Source of the DNA: the human T2T-CHM13v2.0 reference genome, Homo sapiens
Length of the DNA: 64,000 nucleotides
Direction: 5' to 3' (one strand)
Assembly (NCBI RefSeq): GCF_009914755.1
Contig: NC_060930.1
The translations under genes and the position numbers were made by a program. Of this stretch, positions 25,480 to 40,089 are shown one piece after another. Positions within the stretch are counted from its first letter, which is position 1. The number at the start of each line of letters is the position of its first letter. The notes below the pieces were generated by a model. That model was not told the DNA's origin. It ran no database searches and saw nothing but the letters and a program-made list of their open reading frames with translations.

Positions 25480-28400
25480 TAAAATAAACTCCCAACTGAA
25501 TTTTGTGATACAATCTCAAGTGAGGATGAACTCCCTTAAATAGAACTTTGTGTGGGGGCAAGAGGGAAGTATGCTGCAGCCACAAGCACAGGAACTAGCA
25601 ATGGCCTGGCCTTGCAGAGATACAGGGAGGAGAGTGGCCTGAAAGCCGTGATTACTATCTCTGCGATGAAGTGTATGGCCTGCGGCAGGTCTGAGTTCTA
25701 TGCACAGACTGTCTAGATCTAAATTCATCGCTGTCAGTAGAGCGCTACAGGAGCCAGACTGGCCTTGCCAACTGTGTGTGAGCAGTGTGGGACTTGCTGC
25801 GCCTGCTACTCCCCACTCCCTTTGTGAACTCTTCTGTGCAGCAGAGGCAGTTATACTCTCTTCTCAAACATTAACCCCAGTGGCCTGAGAACCAACTCTA
25901 TCCCCCACAGGGACCATGGCCTGCTCCGCCGAAAGAGAGTCTGAGCTCAGACCCGCCTAACCTTGCCCCCATCTGGTAGGTATTTCTCTGCCAATCCTGG
26001 TAGCTTAACACAAAGGACATCGAACTTTGAGAGCTTTATAGGCCCACCTATCATCTGAGAAACCAGAATACTTTCCCTGGGCACCTTAGGGCAAGCTCAA
26101 ACCCCACTGCTACTACAGCAGCTGGTGCTCTCTTGCAAGAACCATCTCCTGGCTGGAGGCCAACCAACACAGGCCATTACAGCACCTCTCCATAGCATAA
26201 CACTGTACACAAGAAGGGGAAAATGGTTGTGTGATACATTTGCCTGTAACACCCTGGCTAACCACAGGTCCTAAGTCTGTCCACAGGACAAGTTCACTAC
26301 TAGTATAACCAGTATTCCAGAAAACCAGCTCACTAAACCCATCTACAACCAAGGAATCTCACAGAGTCTACATCATTCCCCTGCCACTTTCATTAGCTCA
26401 GGTGCTGGTATCCACTGCTGGGAGACTTGAAGACAGGTCATATTACTGAATCCCTTGCAGACATTCCCCAGCACCAGCCTGGAGTCTGTTAGCCTCACTG
26501 GGTGGCTAGATCCAGAAGAGCAATAACAATCGCATAGTCTGGTTCTCAGAAAGTCCCATTCCTAGGGGAAGGCAGACAGCACCACATCAAGGGAACAGCC
26601 TACGGGACAAAAGGAAGTGAATAACAGTCCTTGAATCCCAGATCTTTCTGCTGGTGGGACCTTTCTTACAGCAGAGACACAATTGCAGTGCTGGGTGCAG
26701 TAGGAAAAGTCTGTATCTCTACCCCAACAGGCAGGCAACCTCTGTGACCATGAAGAGTCTTGCAGAAGGAGTCCTTGGTCACCTCTGGTACACCCACTGT
26801 AGACACAGCTGGATCTTCTCCCATGAAAACACAGCATGGATGGACCTGTAGAGAGCCTTCTTGGAAAAATTCAAGGCGACTGCAGCCACACAAGAGAGGG
26901 TCTCCCCAGATTCAGACCTGTCGCAATCGCTCCCTACTTGGAACATCAACATTCTGACAGATTAAAAGAGGTGCCTGTCTGATTTGAATAACCATGAATA
27001 GCCAGGACACTGGGACATGAATGAGGCTGTGAGGTGGATAGCTTTCCTGCTAACCTGGCGGGGAGATGGGGTAGCTCCCCTTCTTCATTCTCATTAAACA
27101 TCAGCACATCTGACTGAGAACTCTCCCAGCCACCTTCATCAAGGCTGGGAACTCTGCCTATCGTTAGGTATTACATCTACTTACCTGCTTTATCTATGAC
27201 TGGTGCCTACCCAGGCGTATCTCCCATATTGGCCTAAAGCCTGAATCATCAACTCAGTAAATAAAATTATGGGGAAAGATTAATTAAATAAATAAAGTGT
27301 ACACCATAAGACAATTAGATAAGCTTCAAGAGATCCCTGCCATTCCAACCCCATGGTAGAAGTAAACTAGTGCACACACAAATAACTACTACATCCAGCA
27401 TGTGGGAAAGCCAGCACACAAAGACTTTCTATAACTAAGGAACTCATACAGAGTCTTCACTCCTTAATACACCAAGAATCATATTAAGTTGTAATAAACT
27501 ATAAACATTAAAATCAGATCCTTAAGAGGAAAAAAAGAAATAAAAAACACAGTATGATCAAAAATAAATACTGAATATAGATACAATAATCCTCAACAAA
27601 ATATTAGCTAATGGAATCAAACAGCATAACAAAAGAATACTATACCATGATGAAGTGGGTTTCATACCAGGGATGGTTTAACATATGCAAGTAAATAAAT
27701 GTGATACATCACATAAACAGAAGTAAAAACAAAAATCATATTACCATCTCAATAGTCACAGAAAAAGCATTTGATAAAATCCAGCATCCTTTTATAATAA
27801 AAACCCTCAACAAAATAGACACAGAAGAGATTTACCTCAAAGTAATAAAAGCCATCTATGACAAATCCACACTCAATATTATATTAATATTTATTGAAGG
27901 AATGTTGAAAGAATTCCCCCAAAAAACTGGAAAAAGACAAGGATGCCACTTTCAATACTTCTATTCAACATAGTACTGGAAGTCCTAACCAGAGCAGTCA
28001 GACAAGAGAGATAAATAAAGGGCATCCAAATTGGAAAAGAGGAAGTCAAATTCTCACTGTTCGCTGACGATATGATCAATCACCTATAAAACCCTAAAGA
28101 CTTATCCCGAAAGCTGCTAGATATGATGAATGCATTCAGTAAAATCTCAAGATACAAAATCAATCTACACAAATCAGTAGCACTGCTATGCACCAAAAGT
28201 GACCAAGCCAGTAATTAAATCAAGAACCCAATTCCCTTAATGACAGCTGCAAAAAATAAAATACTTAGTAATATACTTAACCAAGGAGATGAAAGATCTC
28301 TACAAGGAAAACTACAAACACTGATGAAAGAAATAATAGATGACACAAATGGAAACATATCCCATGCTCGTGAGTGGGAAAAATAGTGTGAAAATGACCA

Positions 28401-29768
28401 TATTGCCCAAAGTAGTGTACAGATTTAATGGAATTCCCATCAAAATACCGTCATTCTTCATAAAAATGGAAGAAACAATCCTAATATTCATACAGAATCA
28501 AAAAGAGCTCAGATAGCCAAAGCAAAACTAAGCAAAAACAAAAAAAATCTGGAGGCATCAAATTACTCAACTTCAAATTATACTGCAAGAGTATAGTTAC
28601 CAAAACAGCATGGTACTGGTATAAAAATAGGCATGTAGACCAATGAAACAGAATAGAGAACCCAGAAATAAAAGCCAGATACAGAGAGCTAACTGATTTT
28701 CAACAAACCATGTAAAAAAATAAATTGAGAAAGGACACTCTATTTAATAAATGGAGCTGGGAAAACTGGCAAGCCATATGTAGAAAAATTAAACTGGGTC
28801 CCCATTTGTCACCTTATACAAAAATCGACACAAGATATAGCAAAGACTTAAATTTAATACCGGAAACCATAAAAATTATGGAAGATAACATTGAAAAAAC
28901 TCTTCTAGACATTGGCTTACACAAAGAATTTTAGTCTAAGACTCCAAAAACCAATGCAACAAAAACAAAAATAAATAAATAGGGCCTAATTCAATTAAAA
29001 AGCTTCTGTACAGCAAAATAAATAATCAGTATAGTAAACAGACAACCCACAGAGTGGGAGAAAGTATTCTCAAACTATGCATTCAACAAAGGACTGGTAT
29101 CCAGAATCTACAAGAAACTCAAACAAATCAGCAAGTAAAAAACAAATTATCTCATCAAATGTGGGAAAAATACATCAATAAACATTTCTTGAAAAAGATA
29201 TACAAATGGCCAACAAACACATGAAAAAATGCTCAACATCACTAATCATCAGGAAAATGCAAATTAAAACTATAATGAGATCCCACCTTACCCCTGCAAG
29301 AATGACCATAATTAAAAAGTCAAAAAAATAATAGATGTTGGTATGGATGTGGTTGAAGGGGAATACTTTCACACTGCTGGTGGAAATGTACATTAGTACA
29401 ACCACTATGGAAAACATTATGGAGATTCCTTTAAGAACTAAAAGTAGAACTGCCGTTTGATCCGGCAATCCCATTCCTGGTTATCTACCCAAAAGAAAAG
29501 AAATCATTATATAAAAAAGACACATGTACATACATGTTTATAGCAGCACAATTCACAGTTGAAAAAATATGGAACCAACCTACGTAAGTGCCCATCAACC
29601 AGTGAATAGATAAAGAGTATGTGGTATATATATCATGGAATACTACACAGTCATGAAAAGGAAAAAAAATAATGTGTTTTGCAGCAACTTGGATGGAGCT
29701 GGAGGTCATTATTCTAAGTGAAGTAACTCAGGAATAGAAATCCAAATATTCTGTCTTCTTACTTATGA
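25480..29768 (+). mobile_element. L1PB element: L1PBa-type 5'UTR (25480-27560) joined to ORF2 RT/3' part (27570-29768); ORF1, EN and the 3' terminus are absent
   Basis: 5'UTR motifs gagtctgagctcagac, ctcctggctggaggccaacc; ORF 27701-27973 [25 protein letters not shown]; FADD codons near 28060. Confidence 0.85.
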
Positions 29769-29769
29769 A

Positions 29770-30095
29770 TTTTCAAATAGCCTGCCTTCAGGCTCACTAA
29801 TTGTTTCTTCTGCTTGGTCAATTCTGCTATTAAAGGGCTCTAATGCATTCTTCAGTATGCCAATTGCATTTTTCATTTCCAAAATTTTTGCTTTTTTAAA
29901 TTATTTCAATCTATTTTATAAATTTATCTGATAGAATTCTGAATTCCTTCTCTGTGTTATTTTGAATTTCTTTGAGTGTCCTCAACACAGCTATTTTGAA
30001 TTCTTTGTCTAAAAGATCCCATATCTCTATTTCTCTGGGATTGGTTTCTGATGCCTTATTTAGTTCATTTGGTGAGGTCATATTTTCCTAGGTAG
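29770..30095 (-). mobile_element. L1M1/L1MA ORF1 fragment
   Basis: ttttcaaatagcctg..ttca.gctcactaatt...gatagaattctgaattccttctctgtgttat. Confidence 0.8.
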
Positions 30096-30679
30096 CCCAA
30101 TCTCATTTTAAAATGAGTGTGTGTCTGGTAATGGAGGGGAATTAGGGAGTATAACATAAACTGTAGGCAAAGAAAAATATTTGCTCAATCAAGGAACAGG
30201 TGAGTCTCTCTGGATATATGATTTACACCGAACAGATGTAAATATAACAGGCCTAATAAATTAAAATTAAAACCTAAAATATAATTCTAGATATTTTACA
30301 TATATGATTAAGAGAATAAATAGATTAATCATGGTCACATTTACATTACTCCTCACCTGTCTGTAAAGGACTAAGGTAAAGAAATATTGTTGTCATATAT
30401 CTTTTTCTTTGTGAATTATCTCTGTGAAAGGATGAGTGTACCACACATCAGTGATATAGTTACATATCCAAAGTTATGGCAAACAGTTTAAATGAAAATA
30501 GTTGATATAATTTTGTATAAAATGAGATTGCTCCAAATAGGTAGATGCAAGTCGTCTATAGATGACAAACATAAAACTGTGTCTAGTTTGGGCATTGCTT
30601 CTTCTTTCCAGAACATATTTTTAAAAAGATCATACTTATAAACATTTCAGTATATTTTTATTATATTTTCCTTGTCTTA

Positions 30680-30945
30680 CATTTTATTGAGGTATAATTT
30701 ATGGCTAGTTTGAATAATTTTGACAAGCGTACACAGAATATTAACACCAACACAACGAAGATATAAATCATTTCCATCACCGCCAGTGGGTCCCTGCAGC
30801 TCTTTGTGGTCAATCTCCTCCTTCTACATATGACTACTTGTAACTATGTTTTTGTTTTCTGCCACTATAGTTTAGCCTTTTCCAGAATATCTTAAAATTT
30901 GAATCATAAGCAATATATGCTTTTTGTATCTGGCTTCTTTGACAA
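30680..30945 (-). mobile_element. L1ME 3' terminus
   Basis: ttttattgaggtataattta...ttctgccactatagtttagccttttccagaa...gtatctggcttcttt. Confidence 0.75.
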
Positions 30946-31104
30946 TGCGGATAAATAATAGGGCAAAATTTATACCACATGTTACTGATTCCTTTTGCCT
31001 GACACATTATTACTTATATTTTAAAACCCAAATTAATGTTTGTATCCTGCTTGAAGCTAGCCACAACTATAATAACCAGTCTGTTGCTCTGAAAATCAGT
31101 ACAT

Positions 31105-31340
31105 ATTAGTGCTAAAAATATTGACTGTTGGGTCAGATAAATTGTCGCTCTACTTCCGTAATCATCATTACATAATTTTATAATATTAGGCATATTATAT
31201 AATCTTCCTGAGCCTGAACTTTTAAGTTTATAATAGGAAGAAAATCTCATCTTAAGAAATTGAACAGAGGCTTGCAAAGTGCCAAACTGCCTGTAACATG
31301 GAAAATACTCATGATATATTAGCATTGTTATTATTATTGT
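31105..31340 (+). mobile_element. MIR (diverged)
   Basis: aatcttcctgagcct...tgcctgtaacatgg..aatactca..atatattagc.ttgttattatt. Confidence 0.5.
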
Positions 31341-33381
31341 CTGTCTACTCATTTTTCATCACGCATAACCTCAATAGTGTTATAATTATTATTTACATGA
31401 TTATCATTCCCAAAGATAAACCATATTAGGAAATTTTAAATGTTTGCTTAATAGAATGACTGTTCAAAATATACAAAACAGTCATCATCTGAAATATTTC
31501 CTATGAAGGCTAAGAGATGAGAGCAAGCTGGGTGTTAAATGGTTTGGGAAAAAAATCAATAAGTTAAGTCCAGCATTGTGGAAGTTAATTTTAATTATTA
31601 TTAATGTACATCACTCAGATTCAAATTCTACCATGAATCATGACTATCCCAACATGTTATTGCAAATTTAGATCTAGCTTGTGACAACATTCTAAGTATA
31701 AATCAGTAAGTAAGAGTAAATATAAGGATATATAATCAATAATTAAAAACAAATATAACCCATTATGTGGATATATAAGCAAATATAACACATTATATAT
31801 AGGTCATTTAAAAATATACTACAAAAATACTAATTTGTTATATTCTAGTATCTTTGTCAGTAAACCATCACTAATATAAGAATTAAAACTGTTTTGCCAT
31901 CAATTCATATAGATTTTTTTTTCACTTTTAGATAGAATATAAGGGATTGTACAGCAATTTCAACACTTGTGTTACAAAGAGGAATGCACCCATCAGTGGC
32001 ATTATTGCTTATTATTGAGGCTATTGCGAGCAAGTGGAGTTTGGGAAATTTTGCCACAGCCTCTCGGAGTAGTAGCATAGAAACAAATGTTTCCATGACA
32101 ACACTCCGTAACCACTCTTTCAAGATGTACTTATAGATGTTCATATTTGTGATAAGAAATACAATATTTTTACCTTGAAAGTTGCTTAAAATTGTCAGTC
32201 TTAGCATTAAGTACTATCATCAGCAATTGTTTAAAATGTTACATTTATAATAACTTCCTTAAAATATAAACACTTCAATAATAAGCAGATAGGTACCAGT
32301 ACAGACAACTGCGATTAATATGGGTTCAATTTTGTTGACAATAGTAAATGAATTGTATATAATTCTGGTTATTCATGATACCTAGCAATAAGCATAATTA
32401 TAGTAGCACCTTGAATTATTGCCTGAAACTATAGTCCATTTTGGAGAGCTGTTTGTTTTTTCAAGTTATAATTCAAATGTTACGTTTGTTAATATTTTGC
32501 CAAATCATCACATTCTAACCGGCCAGGCATTCTGTTTAAAACTGTATTAGTTTTTTTCTCAGTTTTTCCCTTTTAGTCATATTCTTCTAAATAACCTTAT
32601 AATGTTCACTATTAGTCTATGTGATAAGGCTATATAAGTATTATTATTTTGTAAGTATTAGAATCAAATGATGGGGTACAAAGTATAGTCCAAAATTGCT
32701 CTCGGTTTATAGAATTAATGCTCTGCACTTCACCTTATACAAATATTTCATATGGAAACACTCTCATATTGGATGGAGTGTCTCCTCTTTTGAGAAGAGA
32801 AAGTCAAGGATTTTCTTTAAAATTTAATTGTCTTTTCTTAATTAGGGAAACTTCAATGATATAATAATTAACAGCATTTCATGATGCTACAATCTTTCAG
32901 CACATATTTTTTAACATTTTAAATGTTAGCCTCTTTCCAACTCAGAGGAGATTCACTTGCTTAAAGAGAAATACTCAGAAATTATGATACTTTTGAGGTG
33001 ATTAATACTATTCATATTAAATATCTCTTAACCAGAATGAAAGTAGTAATTTGGAAATTATATAGAAAGCATTATTTTTGTGTTTGTGAGAACAGATTAA
33101 CTATTTACTTTTCTCTAAAAGCAATAATTTATTATTTTAAACTAATCAAATATTTCTAACAATGTATTCTATGGGAATGTTAATAAATGTTTTACAGAAA
33201 TTATTTTAGAATTGATTTTTTCAATTGCCAAATAAATTATGTACACTTATTAAAATACTAAACACATATGTAGTCAGTCATTAGTCTTTGTTTATAAAAG
33301 GTATTAAATGATGATATGCCATTCTCAATGCAGGGAAGTTTTATTTGATATAGCATTGAGTAAATGCATGCCCAATATACA

Positions 33382-33695
33382 TTTTTAATTTTAATTTTAT
33401 TTTATTTCTGGGGTACATAGTAAGTGTATATATTTATGGAGTACATGAGATATTTTGATACCAGCATCTAATGCATAATAATCACACCATGGAAAATGTG
33501 GTATTAATCCCCTCAAGCATTTATTCTTTGTGTTACAAACAATCCAATTATAATCTTTTAGTTATTTTAAAATGTACAATTAAATTATTGACTGTAGTCA
33601 CACTGTTGTGCTATCAAAAACTAGGTCTTATTCTTTCTAGTCATTTTATTGGTACTCCTTACCCATCCCCACTTCCTCCACAACCCTCCTCACTA
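33382..33695 (-). mobile_element. L1MA2-like 3' end
   Basis: gggtacatagtaagtgtatatatttatgg.gtacatgagatattttgatac...cccctcaagcatttat..tttgtgttacaaacaatccaattata. Confidence 0.9.
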
Positions 33696-34406
33696 GAATC
33701 AGTAACATGTGGTATAAATTTTGGCCCATTGTTTTTCAGCATTGTATATAACAGAGGCAGTTTCTTCCCATCAGATGAGGTCATTAGAAAATCAGTATTT
33801 AGAAAGTTGGTAATTAGGTTTGTTTTTCAAATAGGTATTCTATTTATTCAAATGTATTTCTTCAGCAAGCATTTTTATCTTCAACCATTGAAAGAACTTG
33901 CTCTCAGCTGTTTTTGTTGTTGTTGTTTGTATTCAGCAAAGTTGCTGTCCAAATGCTAGAATTGCTGTGGCTAGTTCTCTATGCAGTCAAAAATGTCTCC
34001 TTTCAGTGACAAATCCTTTGGCCACTATTTTTAATCTGCACATGAAGTATCTATCAATATTATCTGAGGAAAAGCTCTTCCAAAACCCATGCCACTGAAA
34101 ACAGTAATCTGCTACTTGACATGTCCAAACAAGTCCCTATCCTTTTCTAACATCCACCCTCAAATTCTGCCTAGATTCTTCATAGCTATTGCTTCTTTGG
34201 CTTGTTTGTGAAATCCCCCAGCACCATTTTACCTGCTCAACACAGGTGAGATTCAATACTTTTGCGTATCTGTCTGTTTCCTGAGATCCCTGCCACAGTT
34301 GGTTGTGAATTCCACAGTAACCAAAAAAATCTGTGCACAGAGAGTCCCTACGTCTAACTCCCATACTTCCTCTTCTAGCCACAAACTCTTTTACCTATTT
34401 TTAGAG

Positions 34407-34640
34407 CAGTGTTTCTCAGTTTTTCTCTTTTTCCCTTTTTTTCTCCATTATAGCCTTTTTTCCCATTATAGTCACCTTTCTTAGAAGTCTTTTAAAACAT
34501 TATTTTCTGGACTTCCTTTGAAATTTTAATACCAGAGATATACTGCATACATATGTATGTACTATGACCTTAAAGAAAGATAAAATGATTTTAACATATA
34601 TACATATGGTTTCAATCCTAAGGAACCCCTCTTTGAGGGT
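34407..34640. mobile_element. hAT-Charlie-like DNA element remnant
   Basis: tagagcagtgtttctca TIR-like start; tgaaattttaataccagagatatactg. Confidence 0.45.
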
Positions 34641-35484
34641 GTTACTATCCCTACAGGGAATATGTATTCTAAAGAATTTAAATTACTCTCTCAGAGTAAA
34701 AATGCAATCCATCCTTAGGTATTATTATTTAATTTGGTGTCAAATGTGATTAAGCTAAAATAAATTCCTGACATTAAGAAGGCACTGTTCCTTAGCTTTC
34801 ACCCTGGAACTTCCTCTTATCATCCTATTTTTGTATTTTTTTGATGAGTTCAGTAGAGATGAGGTGAGTATCAAATATCTATTATGAAGGTTTGATTTCT
34901 CTGAAAGTTTATCATTTTTAAAAACATGGCTGAAATAGCTTGATGGTAGTCTCACTAGAATAAGAAATAAAAGATGACTTTTTCTGTACTTTTTGTAGAG
35001 GATTGTTAAGTATCACATTTGAAATATGACAATTTGAAATAAATATATTTTTATGGAAATATTTGTCTTCAATTTTTTGTTGTCTTTCAAAAGAAATAAA
35101 TATATGTTATATTTTTAAAAATATCTTCTCTATTTATTACAATTTTCATATTGTCTTAAATTATTTGCTGACTTAACATGGTATAATATACTACATTTAT
35201 AATATGGTTTTTCTTAATTCGAAGATGTGCAATTTCAGCACATTTAAGTTCCAACTATTAGTATATATCTGATAATTAATGCAGACCTTAAAGTGATTCA
35301 GTACTTTATTTTCTTTCTCCTTGCTTTCATAACTAATAATGTTATTAAATCAAGCTTGTATCTCCCAATGGTTTACTTGAATCAAGAACAGTGTTATAAA
35401 ATCACTTCCTTGCTTGGAAGTGATGTGTTTATTATCACTCAATTAATACTTTAGTACTTCAAGTACTTCAAAAATTATACAACC

Positions 35485-35613
35485 AGGGTGACTATGTATT
35501 GTTTTATCAAGACAGCCTAAATTTTATGCCTATTCTTCTATCGTAATCTCAATAGCACGTCATTTTACTCTCAAATGTTTCACAGTTTGACTTAGAAGTT
35601 ATATGTTTATCCT
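35485..35613 (-). mobile_element. MER94 (hAT-Blackjack) MITE
   Basis: agggtgactat...ttttactctcaaa.gt..cacagttt...ttatatgtttatcct; about 130 bp with degenerate TIRs. Confidence 0.7.
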
Positions 35614-38600
35614 ACACATAAGTGAGATAAATCTATAGTCTTTATTCAATATTACCTTTTCAGATTGTATCATAAATTTACTTTGAACGGATTAGCTTTC
35701 AGTTTCTAGAAGGTAATAAGTGTATTTTTCTTAAATATAAAATTTCCCACTGTTTTTACAATGCAGCCTGAATTAGAAAATCATTATTTCTTCTGTCAAA
35801 GAAGCTTAAACTTGTCATGGAGAACATTATGACAACTATGAAAATGTCATGTGAAATTGGTATTTAAAATGCAAGTCTAAGAAGGACATTTTAGGGTATA
35901 ATTTTCTGTTTAAAAAAACCTGTGATAATTTGGTCATTTTGTGAAGATACACTAAGCTGTAACTGTGTCAGAGTAATTTATTTGGACATATCTCCAAATC
36001 TAGAGAATGATCTGTCTAAGAACATGCCCAATAAATCTCTTCCTTATAAATTAATATGATTTGAAATAACAAACATGTAAGTGTAGATGTATAAAGAACA
36101 GAACTCATGCCACTTTTCCACTTTTTCTATAGACAGAAATTATATTAAATGGATGAATTTCTGTGTTGACTATACACTTATGAGGTAAGATAAATATGTC
36201 AGAATCTCATTAGAGATGGTGTCAAGTAGTGAAGGGTGAAGGAATAGAAGGTGTAGCATTACTCAACATGTTTATTATGGGACTCAGAAATTTTCAAGCT
36301 ATGCCACCAACAGGTATACTTTTTCGAGCACCTAACCTTTGGGAGAAATGGTGATGTGCGTATGGAGAGTAACACGTGAAGAGTAGGAGGGCACAATGGT
36401 CTAGTCTCTTAGAAGAGTAGCACGGAAGAAACTTCTCTGAATAGGAAGCAGTCCAAACTCATGTGACGCAGGCTGCGAAATCACTTAAGAATGAGTGAAG
36501 AATGTGTGAGACAGTACTAAGAGGTACCCCGCAAATATCTTCCAGGTATCTTGATGAATAGGGTTTTAAAATGAAAAACAAGAGTACTCACTAAAAGCAA
36601 GTAAAGGGCTTGCTTGCTTACCGATCTGTAATAGTGAGGGAAACACAATTCAGATTTGGATTAATATCTGTAATCATTAGAGCAGATGACTTTTCTCAAA
36701 TTCTAAGGGCTCTGCTGCTATGACAGTAAGAGGAGTCAAGAAACACAGTTACACTGTGCATATTAGCAGATGAACCAAAGTTACATACCTTTATCAGCAC
36801 CAATTCTGCTGTCCATAGAAAAGAGGTCAGCAGCAAGTCAGTGCTAGTCATGAACAGGTGTTAGCTAGGACTCACTGTGAAGATATATTAGCAGAACTAG
36901 TAGGAGTTTCAAAGTATCAGGGGCCAAGTAGATGTGAACTTGAGATTTTATTCCAAATAATATTTCAGTGTTCTTTATATGGTTGACAGGATTTCCTAAG
37001 CCTAGATTATTTAATTGTTTTGTGACTATAAACCATATATATGCTTTCAAAATTCTAAGAATTAGTCCATTTTCAAAGTTTAATGCCTATTAATTTAAGT
37101 ACTATAATAAAATTTCAAAAATAGATAACAGGGGATTTATTAACATGTTAATATATCCACATGGAATAATCTCAAATCTAATTTTTCTTAATAATTTTTT
37201 CTAACCTTAGTAGTTTACTCTTTAATGCACAATAGGAGTCTTTAAAATTTATTTAACTTACCTATTTATATTTTCTTACTCTGAAATTGTGTCTTAGACA
37301 CTCACTTTACCTCAATTATTGCTCTTTATTCGAATTTTCCAGGCTGCTAAATTGGGATCCTTAGATTTTTCAGTTAGTTACATTAATATGTCTTATACTA
37401 CCATCTGTCAGTTAATTTTTTTACAGTTTCCATTTGACAGTATAGTGCTAATAATAGTTTTAATCATTTAATTATAAGTAAAAATATTTTTAGAGTTTTA
37501 GGTCACATAGGAGAGGAAATTTATGGAGTAGCTTGCCAGGAACATATCTGTCATATTTAATGAACAATATTTATAATTTAGCAAAACATCAATTCACATA
37601 CCTGCAATTAGATGTTAATTATATTTCTAAGTCCTAATTTAGCAGTTCAGCAACTGAGTTTATATAAAAGTTTTATCTGCATAAACAGGTTGATTTATTA
37701 TGAGAAGTGTCCATATGCACAATAGGAAGCCTGTGAACAACCTGAGGTAAATGTGATGGAACCAGATGGTGTAGGAGCAATATACATGTAAGCTCTAGAA
37801 CTAATACACTTTCCCAAGTCAGTGTGATGCTTCCTGCTGTCTCTTCAACTGCAACTGTTTCAGACCATACTCTACTTTTAAGCCATATTCAGGCTTTAAT
37901 AATGCACCAAACTCTAAGACCAGATTCTTGTTTCCTTCCCTTTCTTTACCTGTTTTCCTAACATTTATCCATTTGTAAAGTTAGATGAGAGGTAGGAAAA
38001 AAATAATACTATTAGGAGTCCTTTTTCCTCCAGCACTGTGTTTGGCACTGTTGCTGTGGGCTAGCTATATAGGTTTCAGAGAAAGTGAAACTGTTGTTAA
38101 AAATACATTATCTGCTTGCTTCAGAGTCTCAATGGTGATAAAGTACAGTATTTGAATCAGTTATGAAACGCATAGACAACTACTATTTACTCACATAATA
38201 AAGAGGCAATCTTAACTCCTGGTGATGCTCCCTTACCATTAAGAAACATCAGCGCTCAAATGTTTGCTAATTGTTTCACACAAGGGTTTGGGGATTAGTA
38301 AGTTTCTTATCAATGAGGGCGATGTTTGATTTTTAATCAATTACTTTCAGTCTGTTCATCCAGATATTCCTAAGTGTGTGAAAGAATATAAGAGAAATTG
38401 GTAAAAATTAGATAGGTCTCTGTTATTTACAAAACTTCCACATGATTTTTTAAAATAAAAATAAATAATCTGGAAATAAGTTATCACCGCTAAGAAGTTT
38501 GCATGTCATAGAAAGTATCATTGTATATTTGTAAGTACTTCCTTAACTAATTCTTTCTTATCTACAATCTTTGATATATATATATATATTTCCAATTCAA

Positions 38601-39621
38601 TTAATAATTTAGCACTTCCATTATTGTTTTTATTTTTATAGACAATGTTGAGGTGATTTTATCTACTTTTTATGGACAGTGGTCAGTAGATATTGTTCAC
38701 TATCCACAAAACTTCTCAAGAAATAATTTACAGTCATTGCTCCCATTTCATCAAAATAGAATAAGCAGTTTTGTTAATGGGTCTCATGCCCATCTCTCTT
38801 TTAAATATCATTAATTACTTTTTTATTATAAAACCTAGCTTTTCTTTTAATTGTCAACTTCCTTAATTTTATATAGCTTTTCAAAATGTTAAATATTACT
38901 TTTTCTTCTTTAAATTTTTCTTAGCTTTTCCTTTACAGTACTCTAGGCTGGCTCTTTTCTTTTGTCATTGATTATAGTTTAATGTTTTTCCTTGGCACCA
39001 AGTATAGACATTGTTCTATTTTTTTTTCCTTTACTTCTTTTAGGAGAAAAGTTTCTCTGGATTCTTTACCATGGTTTCAATTACAATCACTATGTAAAGA
39101 CATCCAGTCTCTCTGAACTTTGAAATTCACTCTTTCTGATAACTAGTTTATATTTCTTGCTTCTTTTTCAATCAGTCAATAACACTTTTAACAAGTTTAG
39201 GCTCAGGCTCAGTTCCTTTCTCTCCGAGGATTAGCTATTGTCTTTCCTCTTCCTCTCTGTTTTCAGCACGTACTCAACATATTGCCATTTCCTAATTGGC
39301 GGTCTTGCTTTAGTTGCTCTATAATTCAGTTCTATACACATTCGTTACAGTGAAACCAAAATTTTTTTAGACTCTGTCTAAGAATAAGAGGATTATGTAA
39401 TATTAGAGGTCCAAAATACATTAAATACTGGCCAATACACTTACTTTCAAGGAAGAAATGAAGATATTTAATAGCTATTATAATAAAAATACACATTAGG
39501 GGCCTAGCCAGAGATAGAGGCCAGGTATCATAATTCTGGGCTAGTAATTTTTGTGACTCCAAGCTGGAAACTATATATTTCTAAAATATTCAAATGAAAG
39601 ATTCTAAACGCAGCATTCTAT

Positions 39622-39946
39622 AGCTGAACTTCCCAAAATATTGACTACTAGCTACACCTGGCTGTTGTGCAGGTAAAAAGTGTGTAGTCTGAATTGAGAT
39701 ATGCTATGAGTAGAAAATCATACCTAATTTAAAATATTTGGTACAAACAAAGGAATGTAAAATATCTCTAACAGTTTAAGAATATTGATTATCCACTTAA
39801 ATAATAATAATTAAATATTAATATAGAGTCAAATATATCGCTTTTACCACTTGCTTCCTTTTACTTTTTAAAATGGTTTAAAATTTAAAATTTTATATTT
39901 AGCTTATATTTGTGGCACACAATATTTTTCTCTTGGACAGAGTTGT
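39622..39946. mobile_element. MER33 (hAT-Charlie)
   Basis: ctagctacacctggct...gtctgaattgagatatgct...aatgtaaaatatctc...ttggacagagttgttcta. Confidence 0.8.
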
Positions 39947-40089
39947 TCTAAAAACTCAATGAGTGAATACTTTATCTATCTTAAAGATCTCTCACAAGGG
40001 ATTTTCACCCCAAGCAGACCAGCCTATCTCAACTCTTCAACATGCAATAGCTCGTGTTACTGTTATGTCTTTGCTCCTCTCGTCTTTGT

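Noticed and set aside
31905-32207. 100-aa minus-strand ORF / plus-strand acceptor at 31931
   Set aside because: No recognisable homology; all three plus frames after the AG stop quickly
33471-33959. 162-aa ORF
   Set aside because: Starts in an antisense L1MA 3'UTR and reads through AT-rich DNA; no homology recognised
36590-36830. Splice-site-like motifs on the minus strand (also 4720-4900 and 35655-35720 on plus)
   Set aside because: Such motifs are frequent by chance; exons cannot be supported without transcript data
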